Source: a virus (taxonomy: Duplodnaviria; Caudoviricetes). Taken from it: a stretch of DNA of 64,000 nucleotides. Each line of letters opens with the position of its first letter. Position 1 is the first letter of the stretch. Shown here piece after piece: positions 48,382-58,012 of the stretch. Below the pieces are notes generated by a model. The model saw nothing but the letters and a program-made list of their open reading frames with translations. It had not been told where the DNA came from and searched no databases. Where the stretch lies: the IMG/VR virus record IMGVR_UViG_3300002092_001784, positions 128,001 through 192,000 of that record; one strand, written 5' to 3'. The position numbers and the translations under genes are program-made.

Positions 48382-48621
48382 ATGGATGAAGCAGCAAAAG
48401 AGATGGTAAATCACCCACAACATTACGGTGGAAATGATAATCCATATGAAGTTGTTAAAGTGTGTGAAGCCTGGGGTTTGGATAAAGATGCATATATTTT
48501 CAATGTAGTTAAGTATGTGGCAAGAGCTGGTAAAAAAGACCCGAAAAAGGAATTGGAAGATATGAAAAAAGCATTGTGGTATTTGGAAAGAAAGATACAG
48601 AGATTATCTGAAATAAAATGA
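48382..48621 (+). CDS. DUF3310-like protein
   Basis: VNHPQHY...NVVKYVARAGKK...EDMKKALWYL. Confidence 0.85.
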   Translation: MDEAAKEMVNHPQHYGGNDNPYEVVKVCEAWGLDKDAYIFNVVKYVARAGKKDPKKELEDMKKALWYLERKIQRLSEIK

Positions 48622-49055
48622 GAAAATTAGAATACTTCAAGACAATAGCAAATATTGCCAAATTAAATTCAAATGATATAACAACTCAGACGGGGTGTGT
48701 TATTGTGGATGGTTCTGATATGGTAATATCAACGGGTTGGAATACGTTTCCATATGGTGTTAATACTAATATATCAGAACGACAAGAACGACCGGAAAAG
48801 TATTATTGGTTTATTCATGCCGAAATTTATGCGATAACGGAAGCCGCTCGTAACGGATTATCTACGGATGGATGTACAATGTATATGACGTGCGGATTAC
48901 CGTGTTGTGATTGTGCTAAAGCTATAATTAACGCAGGTATTAAACGAATTTATTGTGTGGATGGTGAAGGAGCTAAAGGTCCTATTTGGCAGGGGCATTT
49001 TGAACGTAGCGTTGTAATGTTAGAAGAAGCAGGTGTTGAGGTAATTTATTATTAG
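48618..49055 (+). CDS. dCMP deaminase
   Basis: HAE and PCCDC zinc motifs, STGWN. Confidence 0.88.
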   Translation: MRKLEYFKTIANIAKLNSNDITTQTGCVIVDGSDMVISTGWNTFPYGVNTNISERQERPEKYYWFIHAEIYAITEAARNGLSTDGCTMYMTCGLPCCDCAKAIINAGIKRIYCVDGEGAKGPIWQGHFERSVVMLEEAGVEVIYY

Positions 49056-49072
49056 GTTGGATATTTATTGGT

Positions 49073-49705
49073 ATGAAATATATAAGATTAACGGAATTAG
49101 ATAACAAATATCCATCCATCGATAAGTACACACGTGGTACTACCGATGGTAGTATTGTATTATATGGACAAACACCAACAAAGCAATTGGTATTTAATAT
49201 ATCAGATTATAAAACAATAACTCCGGTAGCAGGAACTACTTTTAGGTTTATTTTAGCTATTTCCAAAGATATAAATGATACTACTCCTAAATTATTTACG
49301 TCACAAGGATATTTCGATGATTTGGCAGATAGTTTTAAGACCCACAATCCATATTTTATAACTGAAAGTTTTGGATTCAAAGTAAATTTTTATTACAATG
49401 ATTTATTGGCATTGTATACATCATTATCTGCGAATGAAACTGCGGAAAGTGTTCAGATGAAACAAAATATTTCTATCAATGCCGGTGTGATTGATTATGA
49501 AACATTGGTACGATATATTGATTGGTGCGTTGCAACGGCAAATCTGAACGATCTAAATACAAATGGTGTATTACCAGCAAATTCATTAGGAAGCTGGAAT
49601 ATTACCGTTCCAAATACAACAACACAGACATCCAATGTAGTTATATCACCCTCTCAAATTACAACAGGTAATACGAATAATTTATTAGTTACTGGTTCGA
49701 TTTAA
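49073..49705 (+). CDS. Hypothetical protein
   Basis: 210-aa ORF; ATATTTAT upstream. Confidence 0.7.
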   Translation: MKYIRLTELDNKYPSIDKYTRGTTDGSIVLYGQTPTKQLVFNISDYKTITPVAGTTFRFILAISKDINDTTPKLFTSQGYFDDLADSFKTHNPYFITESFGFKVNFYYNDLLALYTSLSANETAESVQMKQNISINAGVIDYETLVRYIDWCVATANLNDLNTNGVLPANSLGSWNITVPNTTTQTSNVVISPSQITTGNTNNLLVTGSI

Positions 49706-49741
49706 TTTTTCTTTTCCATATTTATTAATAAATCAATACGA

Positions 49742-50092
49742 ATGTATATGACATATTCTAAGGTAAATTGGAAACAATACTTGGATAGTTCTAACCCAAC
49801 TATCAATGCGTATTTAAGTGAGTTTGGGGATGATTTTATTAGACAAACTGCCCGACGAATAGAACTGGCACACAAACTAAAAAAACCACAAATAATTTTA
49901 TTTAGATTCAGAGATTCGGAAATACTTTCTGTGATGGAAAGTAGGGATTATTTGATTGCTCTTAAATATTTACTTAATTTATGTATTAAGTTGGAAAAAT
50001 ATGAATTATGTAGGGATATAACTAATGTAATACATTCGGTTGAGGTTCGAAAGAAAATTAAACTAATACAAAGAGATAGTGTATTTGTTTGA
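49742..50092 (+). CDS. Hypothetical protein (UVR-like EKYE.C..I motif)
   Basis: ORF; ATATTTAT upstream. Confidence 0.65.
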   Translation: MYMTYSKVNWKQYLDSSNPTINAYLSEFGDDFIRQTARRIELAHKLKKPQIILFRFRDSEILSVMESRDYLIALKYLLNLCIKLEKYELCRDITNVIHSVEVRKKIKLIQRDSVFV

Positions 50093-50126
50093 TAGAGTTT
50101 ATAATTTTTAACTAATTTAACTAATT

Positions 50127-50957
50127 ATGTCTAAAAAAGGGGAAGTAAAACCACAACCGTCAGAAACAACTAAAGATTCTGTACTACCTGTTCCTAAAAT
50201 TATTAAAAGAATTAAATTCAAATCAAAAAATCAGAAACGATTTTATAAAGCAATTGAGCAAGAAAATAATCAAATTATTATGGCTCATGCTTTGGCAGGG
50301 GCTGGTAAAACACATGTATCAATACAAAAGGGATTAGAATTACTCTTAAATAGGGCATCCAACATACAAAAAATCATAATAATAAATCCAACCGTGGATG
50401 TTGGTAATGAAGATAAACTTGGATTTCTACCCGGTGATTTAATGGAAAAAATTGAAGTACATAATGAATCATCGGTTTTTATTTTGAATCAAATAATAGG
50501 TGCAGCTGAAACAAAGAAATTAATAGAAAAGGGTAAGATCGAATTTAGAGTTCTTAATTTTTTAAGAGGTATAAATTTTCAAAACTCTTATATTATTATG
50601 GATGAAGCTCAAAACGCATCACCTCAACAGTTAAAAACTTTAGTAACCCGTATTTCTGATGATTCAAAACTTATTATGCAGGGTGACCTTTCGCAATGTG
50701 ATAAGTATCGCACTAACGGAACACCTGCCTATGAAAAAAGTGGGTTTTATGATGTGTGGACTAGATTAGCAATGGTTGAAGGTGTATATCAGATAGAATT
50801 TCAGCGAGAAGATTGTATTCGTTCTGGAATTGTAAAACGTGTTCTTGAACAATATGAATTAGAGGAACAAATATATCTGGGAGAACGTAATCCATATGAA
50901 TTGAATTATATTCAGAACGGTCAAACCGAATGGGATGATCCATATGAACCACAATAA
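50127..50957 (+). CDS. phoH: PhoH-family ATPase
   Basis: AGAGKT, LGFLPG, FLRG, IMDEAQN, GDLSQCD, RSGIV. Confidence 0.92.
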   Translation: MSKKGEVKPQPSETTKDSVLPVPKIIKRIKFKSKNQKRFYKAIEQENNQIIMAHALAGAGKTHVSIQKGLELLLNRASNIQKIIIINPTVDVGNEDKLGFLPGDLMEKIEVHNESSVFILNQIIGAAETKKLIEKGKIEFRVLNFLRGINFQNSYIIMDEAQNASPQQLKTLVTRISDDSKLIMQGDLSQCDKYRTNGTPAYEKSGFYDVWTRLAMVEGVYQIEFQREDCIRSGIVKRVLEQYELEEQIYLGERNPYELNYIQNGQTEWDDPYEPQ

Positions 50958-51088
50958 AATTATCAAATTAGTACAGTAGAATAACAGATATAGCCTATGA
51001 AAATAGGCTATATTTTTTTAGTTAAAAAATGTTAAAATATTAGGAAATACGAATTATATTTTGTATATTTGAGTATTAATTATTGGTT

Positions 51089-51553
51089 ATGACAGAGAAA
51101 GAAAAAAAAGTAATTTTTATTGACATGGACGGTGTCATTACCGACTTCCTCGGAGGGGTCGATACTTATTGGGAGAAACATCATAATAAGAGTAAAAAAC
51201 GTACAGAGCCCGATACAATTCCCGGTATTTTTAGAGATTTATTACCAATCGAAGGAGCAATTGATTCAATCAACCGATTGGCCGAAAGTGGTAAGTATGA
51301 ATTATACATAGCAACCACCGCTCCTTGGGGGCATCCTGAGGCGGCAACTGATAAACGATATTGGATTGAAAAATATTTCGGAGAACTGTTTCACAAACGA
51401 TTAACAATTACTCACAATAAAGATATGTTATATGGTGATTATCTTATTGATGATAGAACTAAGAATGGTGCCGGAGAATTTAGAGGTGAACTAATTCATT
51501 TCGGTACAAAAAAATTCCCTGATTGGGAAGCAGTGTTAAAATATTTAGTATGA
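51089..51553 (+). CDS. 5'(3')-deoxyribonucleotidase (HAD superfamily)
   Basis: FIDMDGVITDF, K..WI...F, GDYLIDD. Confidence 0.88.
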   Translation: MTEKEKKVIFIDMDGVITDFLGGVDTYWEKHHNKSKKRTEPDTIPGIFRDLLPIEGAIDSINRLAESGKYELYIATTAPWGHPEAATDKRYWIEKYFGELFHKRLTITHNKDMLYGDYLIDDRTKNGAGEFRGELIHFGTKKFPDWEAVLKYLV

Positions 51554-51948
51554 GAAAATCAGAAATAAAGTTACCATTAACTCCGATAACGGAGAACACC
51601 TTTAAGAGACAAGGTTGGATAAAACATACATTTTCAACAACTACAATGTCAGTTGATGAACTTGATGAAATGGATGATGACGATGATGATATAACACCAT
51701 CTGATCCTAATTCAAATGAAGCGTATTTTTATATTCTACCAATACCAAAAGCCAGAACTGATAATTACGCACCATTATTCGTTTCTAATGCATCAAATGA
51801 ACTTTCTGTTCTAAAAGAAATGGGTATTAACCCCGAAAATTTCTTTGTGGAAATTATGAATATGGATGGATTAGGATATTGTGATACCGAAGAAGATTTA
51901 GAAATTTTGTACAGAGCATTAACTGGAGATGATATAAACGCAAAATAA
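51550..51948 (+). CDS. Hypothetical acidic protein
   Basis: ATGA overlap with upstream gene. Confidence 0.7.
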   Translation: MRKSEIKLPLTPITENTFKRQGWIKHTFSTTTMSVDELDEMDDDDDDITPSDPNSNEAYFYILPIPKARTDNYAPLFVSNASNELSVLKEMGINPENFFVEIMNMDGLGYCDTEEDLEILYRALTGDDINAK

Positions 51949-51955
51949 GTTATAA

Positions 51956-52612
51956 ATGAGAAATTACAATGAAGTTCAATTGGCTGAAAACTATGAAAAA
52001 TTTATTGATTTCATAAAGAAAGCCTTCGTTTCAAATCCAACCAGATTGGAACAATTATTATTTATGTATTCGGAAGAAGAGTTAGGTTCTGAGTTGGTGG
52101 TAGCTCCTGCGAGTGGTAAATTACATTTTCATTCGGCATATGTTGGTGGGTACATTGATCACGTTATGAATGTGTGTAAAAACGCATACAAACTTAAAGG
52201 AATTTATGAAGCCGGCGGTGGTACTATTGATTTTACAAATGAAGAATTGATATTTGCCGCATTGCATCATGATTTGGGAAAGCTTGGTGATGGAAAACAA
52301 CCATATTATATCCCACAAGAAAGTGATTGGCATCGGAAAAATAAGAATGAAATTTTCCAGTTAAACGGAGAACTTCACTATATGGATGTTACTCACCGTG
52401 CGTTATGGTTACTCAATCAATATGGAATAAAATATTCTCAAAAAGAAATGTTGGGAATAATGCTTGCTGATGGAATTTACAATGAAGCAAATAAAAAGTA
52501 TTTAGTTGCATATTCGGAAGATTTTCAGCTTAAAACAGAGTTACCTTATATTTTACATTGGGCAGATCATATGAGTTGCCGAATTGAAACATCTGAATAT
52601 AGAAATGGCTAA
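51956..52612 (+). CDS. HD-domain phosphohydrolase
   Basis: H.AY.GGYIDH, LHHDLGK, HWADHM. Confidence 0.85.
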   Translation: MRNYNEVQLAENYEKFIDFIKKAFVSNPTRLEQLLFMYSEEELGSELVVAPASGKLHFHSAYVGGYIDHVMNVCKNAYKLKGIYEAGGGTIDFTNEELIFAALHHDLGKLGDGKQPYYIPQESDWHRKNKNEIFQLNGELHYMDVTHRALWLLNQYGIKYSQKEMLGIMLADGIYNEANKKYLVAYSEDFQLKTELPYILHWADHMSCRIETSEYRNG

Positions 52613-52720
52613 TATGTAAAAAAATTACAGATAGCTATATTTATATATAATAGTGCCCGGCCGGCATATTAACCGCATCAGCCCATTATGGGGGATGTTT
52701 AACTTAAAAAACAAAAAAAG

Positions 52721-53200
52721 ATGAAAGACAATTTGACAAGAGGGTTTCCCACCCGTATTAATAGGGATGAGTTTCTTACACCATTCGATACAATTTTCGA
52801 TAGGTTTTTCAACGAAAGTTTCCCACAACTTTCAAAAGAGGTTGGTGTAAATGTGTTTCAATCATCATCGTATCCAAAATGTGATTTCATAGATTATGAT
52901 GATAGAATAGAAATCATAGCAGAGATTCCCGGATTATCTAAAGAGCAAATCGCAATTGATGTTGATGGTGATCAAGTTTCAATCAAAGGAAACAAATCAC
53001 AAACTTCACCGATGAAAGAAGGTGGAACTGTATTACATAGAGAATTAAAAAAATCTACATTCCAGCGTTCATTTATGGCGGATTCTAAGATATTTAACTT
53101 GGATAAAATTTCCGCAAAATTCAGTGATGGGATGCTTGAATTAGTAATTCCTAAAAGAGAAAAAGTAGTTCCGACTAAACGAATAATCGAAATCCAATAA
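52721..53200 (+). CDS. Small heat-shock protein (Hsp20)
   Basis: EIPG..KE.I, F.RSF, A.F.DGMLE..IPK. Confidence 0.92.
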   Translation: MKDNLTRGFPTRINRDEFLTPFDTIFDRFFNESFPQLSKEVGVNVFQSSSYPKCDFIDYDDRIEIIAEIPGLSKEQIAIDVDGDQVSIKGNKSQTSPMKEGGTVLHRELKKSTFQRSFMADSKIFNLDKISAKFSDGMLELVIPKREKVVPTKRIIEIQ

Positions 53201-53224
53201 CCTTAATTTAGGTGATAAAATCGA

Positions 53225-53252
53225 AAGGGTGGGTTAAAAACTCACCCTTTTT
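53225..53252 (+). terminator. Intrinsic terminator
   Basis: AAAGGGTGGG...CTCACCCTTT plus T run. Confidence 0.75.
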
Positions 53253-53293
53253 CACATTTTTAATATTTATAGTATATAACTAATAACGAAATT

Positions 53294-53473
53294 ATGAAAC
53301 CAGAATACCAACAAAGAGCAATTGAAAATCTAAGTGCTATTGATAAAAGGGCAGATATTGTTCAACAAATGATGGAAGGAACACGCCCTGCAAATCCAGC
53401 CGAAGCGCTTAGATTGATGAAAGAAATCAAAAGGTTAGTAGAATTAACAAACAATTTAGTGGATTTATCGTAA
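53294..53473 (+). CDS. Hypothetical 59-aa protein (below track cutoff)
   Basis: ATG 53294 to TAA 53473; ATATTTAT upstream. Confidence 0.6.
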   Translation: MKPEYQQRAIENLSAIDKRADIVQQMMEGTRPANPAEALRLMKEIKRLVELTNNLVDLS

Positions 53474-53474
53474 G

Positions 53475-54518
53475 ATGAATTGGCTTAAATATTTAGTAGG
53501 ATTTTCCGCACTTCTTGTAGCAGGATGTGCGGCATTTTTTTCTGTAAGTGGGCTTGGTGTGTTATTTAGTGGCGCATCTATGGCGGTTATGGTAATGGCG
53601 GGTTCGTTGGAATTTGCCAAATTAGTGGCTGCAACTTATCTGAAACAAACGTGGGATACTATTAAAGGATTTAATAAATGGTATTTAACTTTGGCAGTTG
53701 GGTTACTAATGTTAATTACATCTGCCGGTATCTTTGGTTATCTTTCAAATGCCTTCCAACAACAAAATATAAAGTTGGAGCAAGTGGAGAGGGAGATTTC
53801 AGTATATGATACTAAAATAAAACAAAATGAGAGTGAGATTGCAAGATACACTGAACAGTTGAAAAACTTACAGCAAATTCGTAATTCTCAGGAATCAAAC
53901 ATATCAAAGATAGTAGATAAGAATGGTTCAACTTCACGTTTGTCACAAATGGTGGGTTCTGCTGATAAGGAATTAACATCAATTTCGGCAAAAATAAATA
54001 CGCTTACAGATACCAACAATAAAAATTTTGAAAAAATAAATGAAATAAAAAATACTAACATTGATTTGGAAAAGGAAGTTGGGGGATTTAGATTTGTAGC
54101 CAAAGCCTTCAATGCCGATTTGAATACCGTTGTTAAGTTTTTTATATTTCTAATTGTATTTGTATTTGACCCATTGGCAATCGCACTCATTATAGCATTT
54201 AACGGGTTGATTGGTACAAATTTAACAAAATCTGAAATTCCCATTGAACCATCGGATGATATTAAGAGGTATAGAGTATATGGTGAAAGAGAATCAGATA
54301 AAACCGATGCTGAGATTCTTTTGGATACCATTGATAACCCAATCGAACCAAATGATGAGTTAAAAGCAGCAGCTGAAGAATATCAAAATGAAACGGAGGA
54401 GGTATCTACTCAACCAGAAGTGTGGCCTGATATACAAACAACACCGGCCGAAGAACCCGCAGTAAAAAAAAAATTGAAGAACCCACTGAAGGGCATAGTG
54501 AATTGGTTTCACCGTTAG
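53475..54518 (+). CDS. Membrane-anchored coiled-coil protein
   Basis: Several N-terminal TM helices, long heptad region, further TM, acidic linker. Confidence 0.8.
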   Translation: MNWLKYLVGFSALLVAGCAAFFSVSGLGVLFSGASMAVMVMAGSLEFAKLVAATYLKQTWDTIKGFNKWYLTLAVGLLMLITSAGIFGYLSNAFQQQNIKLEQVEREISVYDTKIKQNESEIARYTEQLKNLQQIRNSQESNISKIVDKNGSTSRLSQMVGSADKELTSISAKINTLTDTNNKNFEKINEIKNTNIDLEKEVGGFRFVAKAFNADLNTVVKFFIFLIVFVFDPLAIALIIAFNGLIGTNLTKSEIPIEPSDDIKRYRVYGERESDKTDAEILLDTIDNPIEPNDELKAAAEEYQNETEEVSTQPEVWPDIQTTPAEEPAVKKKLKNPLKGIVNWFHR

Positions 54519-54799
54519 ATGGTTTAACTCAAGACTTCTCACGTAGAGCGATTGATATTGATGGCAATGGAATCATAGATGGTTATGATACGAATGGTGA
54601 CGGTATTATAGATGAAATACAGACATTTAGTTCAGCAAGATATGGATATGTTGAGCATGAAAAACCATATTACGCCCGCCCTAACTTTGATTGGAGTAAT
54701 ACCGAAGGGTGGATACACAACCAAAATGCAGTGAATTATTGGATAACCCATATCAGACCTCACATATATCCTACTGATTTTACATCAAAAACTTATTAA
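54503..54799 (+). CDS. DxDxDG (Ca-binding-like) domain; probable -1-frame continuation of 53475 gene
   Basis: DIDGNGIIDGYDTNGDGIIDE; frame open back to A10 run at 54464-54473. Confidence 0.65.
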   Translation: MVSPLDGLTQDFSRRAIDIDGNGIIDGYDTNGDGIIDEIQTFSSARYGYVEHEKPYYARPNFDWSNTEGWIHNQNAVNYWITHIRPHIYPTDFTSKTY

Positions 54800-54899
54800 A
54801 CTTAACAATTTTTTAACATTGAAAGCTTGGATTTTCCAAGCTTTTTTTGTATCTTTAAGTATTGATTTGAGAGAGATATTAACCACAAAAATAAAAGTT

Positions 54900-55100
54900 A
54901 TGATAAAATTTATAAAAAGGATAATAAAACAGTACATCACTTGTAAACACGAACAGTATAAAGTGATACGAAAAATAATGTGTGTTGGCGAATCATACCA
55001 ACCTAAATGGTTGGATGTCTGTAAATGTAAAATTTGTAGTAAAGAATATTACTCCGATTATTACTATGAATATGGTAACGAAAAACACTATGTTAAATAA
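54900..55100 (+). CDS. Hypothetical Cys-containing protein
   Basis: After boxed promoter. Confidence 0.55.
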   Translation: MIKFIKRIIKQYITCKHEQYKVIRKIMCVGESYQPKWLDVCKCKICSKEYYSDYYYEYGNEKHYVK

Positions 55101-55214
55101 TATTGGTCATAACGATTTAACAATTTCTTAACATTAAAAATTTGGAAATCGTTAATAAATGTGTTATATTTGAATATCAGTTTGAGAGTTGTTAATCACT
55201 AAAAATTTTGAGTT

Positions 55215-55397
55215 ATGAAAGTTTCAGTTTCCAAAAGAACCAAATCAGTTAAGGGTAAAGAATCTTATGAATCAGTTGCAGCTAAGTTCGGTTTCAAAAA
55301 ACCGGTCTACCAAAAGTACATTATCATCAACGGTGTTCCCCACAAAGCTACGGCTGAAGGTTTAGTTCCATTAACCAAAGTTGTTAAATCCATTTAA
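55215..55397 (+). CDS. Hypothetical basic protein
   Basis: After boxed promoter. Confidence 0.65.
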   Translation: MKVSVSKRTKSVKGKESYESVAAKFGFKKPVYQKYIIINGVPHKATAEGLVPLTKVVKSI

Positions 55398-55407
55398 TTT
55401 TATTGTT

Positions 55408-55587
55408 ATGAAAAGAGAAGAAATTTTGAGTGTATTGGAAACATTATCACATTCACAGGGATTTTATAGTGGGATTATGCGTGGTTATTATAGAGCAACC
55501 GAAGAACAACGTGATGAGTTCCTTTCCGGATTGGAAGAACAGAATTTTGGTGGACCTGTTGATTTAGTTATGTATTTGGAATGTTAA
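55408..55587 (+). CDS. Hypothetical protein
   Basis: Short ORF. Confidence 0.65.
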   Translation: MKREEILSVLETLSHSQGFYSGIMRGYYRATEEQRDEFLSGLEEQNFGGPVDLVMYLEC

Positions 55588-55829
55588 AAAAAGAAATCTA
55601 TCAATGTATTACTAACTTTAATTAGAAACAAAATGGATAAAGAGAACAAAATTGCGGAAAACCCAAAAACAGGCAATGATTTTATAGCCGATGTTAGTAG
55701 TATGTTAGTTGCTAACGGACTACCTGCTTTTGGTACAAAAGAATTTAATTATATGTGTAGTCAGTTTTTTGGTGGAAACCCTAAAAGCAACTAATTAGTG
55801 CTAACGATTGTAAATAAAAAAATAAAAAT

Positions 55830-56033
55830 ATGATTAAAGAACTTAAAATTGGGGACAAGGTTAAACTTGAAGGTTATGATGAAGCTTGGATAGGGTGGGT
55901 TACAAATTCTTCATATCAAATTAGTAAGATAAAAAGTAGGTTTGATGAAAACGGTAAAATATCAGTAGGTTGGTTGCTGAAGAATTTGGAAGTGCGTTGG
56001 GTTTCAAAGGAGGAGTGGCACTATAAAAATTAA
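55830..56033 (+). CDS. Hypothetical protein
   Basis: Short ORF. Confidence 0.6.
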   Translation: MIKELKIGDKVKLEGYDEAWIGWVTNSSYQISKIKSRFDENGKISVGWLLKNLEVRWVSKEEWHYKN

Positions 56034-56038
56034 TATTT

Positions 56039-56170
56039 CATATAACGGTCACAGATATATGTAGTTTTTCTTAAATTGAAACATAAAACTTAAATAAAAA
56101 TGGAAGAAGTAAATAAGAACACAGAAGTTGATAACACGGATAAAAAATTACATATATCTGATGTTATATG
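56039..56170. repeat. attC-like imperfect inverted repeat
   Basis: CATATAAC/GTTATATG outer pair; CAGATATATGTA/TACATATATCTG inner pair. Confidence 0.65.
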
Positions 56171-56333
56171 CAGTGTTTGTGGAGGAAAAAATATCCAAAT
56201 CACAGAACACAAAAAGATAACTGGGCCACCCGCAGGAACAAAAAGAAATCCACATAGAAAAACGACTTATGGATATTTTTTTAAGAGATATACTTGTGAA
56301 TGCGGCAGTGTGTGGGAAGAAAAGGAAAGTTAG
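56100..56333 (+). CDS. Hypothetical Zn-ribbon protein starting inside the hairpin
   Basis: CSVCG...CECG. Confidence 0.6.
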   Translation: MEEVNKNTEVDNTDKKLHISDVICSVCGGKNIQITEHKKITGPPAGTKRNPHRKTTYGYFFKRYTCECGSVWEEKES

Positions 56334-56471
56334 TGTGATTGGAACATTGTATATAACTCATCGCTACACGCAATAATACCTAAGATTATATATCATGAAA
56401 TCAATCAATTATACCATTGAAATTAATTAAAATCATGAAACAAATTCATAAACTCATAAATTTGAATTAAA

Positions 56472-56678
56472 ATGGGATATTTAGTCGAAAAACAAATATT
56501 AAGCGGATTTGCGTTCCATCCTATGAATGCGGTGGATAGCTGGGAACAAAAAGAAAATAAGTTGTCAGTTGAAGATGCAAAGAAATCCGCTATTGAATAC
56601 GCAACTAAAATTGAAAAAGGTAAATACAGAGTAAGGGATATTTATTCCGGCAAAGTGTTGTTTGAAGTATCTTCGTAA
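56472..56678 (+). CDS. Hypothetical protein
   Basis: Short ORF. Confidence 0.55.
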   Translation: MGYLVEKQILSGFAFHPMNAVDSWEQKENKLSVEDAKKSAIEYATKIEKGKYRVRDIYSGKVLFEVSS

Positions 56679-56817
56679 GTATTTACAGCGAATACCTAAA
56701 TCAGAATGTCCATTTGATTCTTAACAATTTCTTAACATTAAAAATTTGGAAAGCTAAATTAAAAATAGTACCTTTAGGTATTGATTTGAGAGAGTTATTA
56801 ATTTTAATTTTGTTATT

Positions 56818-57027
56818 ATGAATACTGATTTTTTGAATACATTGAGTGGTGTTGATAAGGTTCTGTACAAATCGGCTTATCAGTTTACCGAACGGTATTG
56901 TAACGGAACTCCAGAAGAGTGTCACGCTGAAGGTCTTAAAAAAATTAAAGATACCCACAAATTGGCTTCTAAAAAAGAAGTTTGGGTAGATATTACCACC
57001 GGTCGTAAAGTTAGAGGCCAATTTTAA
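56818..57027 (+). CDS. Hypothetical protein
   Basis: After boxed promoter. Confidence 0.65.
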   Translation: MNTDFLNTLSGVDKVLYKSAYQFTERYCNGTPEECHAEGLKKIKDTHKLASKKEVWVDITTGRKVRGQF

Positions 57028-57115
57028 TTAAAATAATTATTAAAAATAAATCAATCCGGTATTGTTTATATCGGATTTTTTTTGTATATTTGTATTAATC
57101 AATAAATCATAAAAT

Positions 57116-58009
57116 ATGAATTTAGGATATGCTTGCATAAATATGACAATGGGTAAAACGGTTACTACCAATCGTTCAATGGTTAAACGTACATTCAATC
57201 TAAGGGGACTGGATTATGTTTCCGAACTTACACTACTCAATGCAAAAGATATTATTAAAATATTGCAATGGAATCTTAAAAATAGTATTAAATTTTTCCG
57301 ATTATCATCTGCCATTGTACCGTGGGGTGATAAGTTAGATTTAACACAACTAAAAGATTACAAACAAATTTCGGATGCACTTAAAAAAGCCGGTGATTTC
57401 GCAACTCAAAACGATATTCGTATCACATCGCACCCCGGTCCGTTTGTAGTGCTTGTTTCACCAAACGAAACAGTTGTTGACAACGCAATCGCAGATTTGG
57501 AAATGCACGGTAAAATATTCGATATGATGGGGTTATCCAAATCAGTTTACAATAAGATTAATATCCATTGTAACGGTGTTTACGGAGATAAGTTATCAGC
57601 AATGGATAGATTCTGCACTAACTACCAAAGGTTATCAGAATCGGTTAAAACACGTCTTACTATTGAGAATGATGATAAAGCATCAATGTATTCTGTGGCA
57701 GACCTTATGTATATCCACAATAAAATAAAAATCCCTATTGTGTTTGATTATCACCATCACCAATTCTGTACCGGTGATTTATCAGAAGAGGCAGCATTAT
57801 CACTTGCTGTTTCAACGTGGCCGGACGGTATCACACCTGTTGTTCACTATTCAGAAAGTAAATCATCACACGAAAACAATACAAAGTTAAAACCACAAGC
57901 ACATTCAGATTATATCAAATCATTACCAAACACCTACGGTAATTCAGTTTCGATTATGGTGGAAGCAAAAGCTAAAGAACTTGCAATATTACCGTTTATA
58001 AAAAAATAA
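57116..58009 (+). CDS. uvsE: UV-damage endonuclease (UVDE)
   Basis: LGYACIN, FRLSS, HPGPF, NIH, IENDDK, FDYHHH, HYS, HSDYI, MVEAK.KE. Confidence 0.93.
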   Translation: MNLGYACINMTMGKTVTTNRSMVKRTFNLRGLDYVSELTLLNAKDIIKILQWNLKNSIKFFRLSSAIVPWGDKLDLTQLKDYKQISDALKKAGDFATQNDIRITSHPGPFVVLVSPNETVVDNAIADLEMHGKIFDMMGLSKSVYNKINIHCNGVYGDKLSAMDRFCTNYQRLSESVKTRLTIENDDKASMYSVADLMYIHNKIKIPIVFDYHHHQFCTGDLSEEAALSLAVSTWPDGITPVVHYSESKSSHENNTKLKPQAHSDYIKSLPNTYGNSVSIMVEAKAKELAILPFIKK

Positions 58010-58012
58010 ATT

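Noticed and set aside
7304-56776. Recurrent ~56-bp repeats as a CRISPR array
   Set aside because: Dispersed kilobases apart, intergenic, carry promoter consensus; no regular spacers and no cas genes. No CRISPR array seen in the window.
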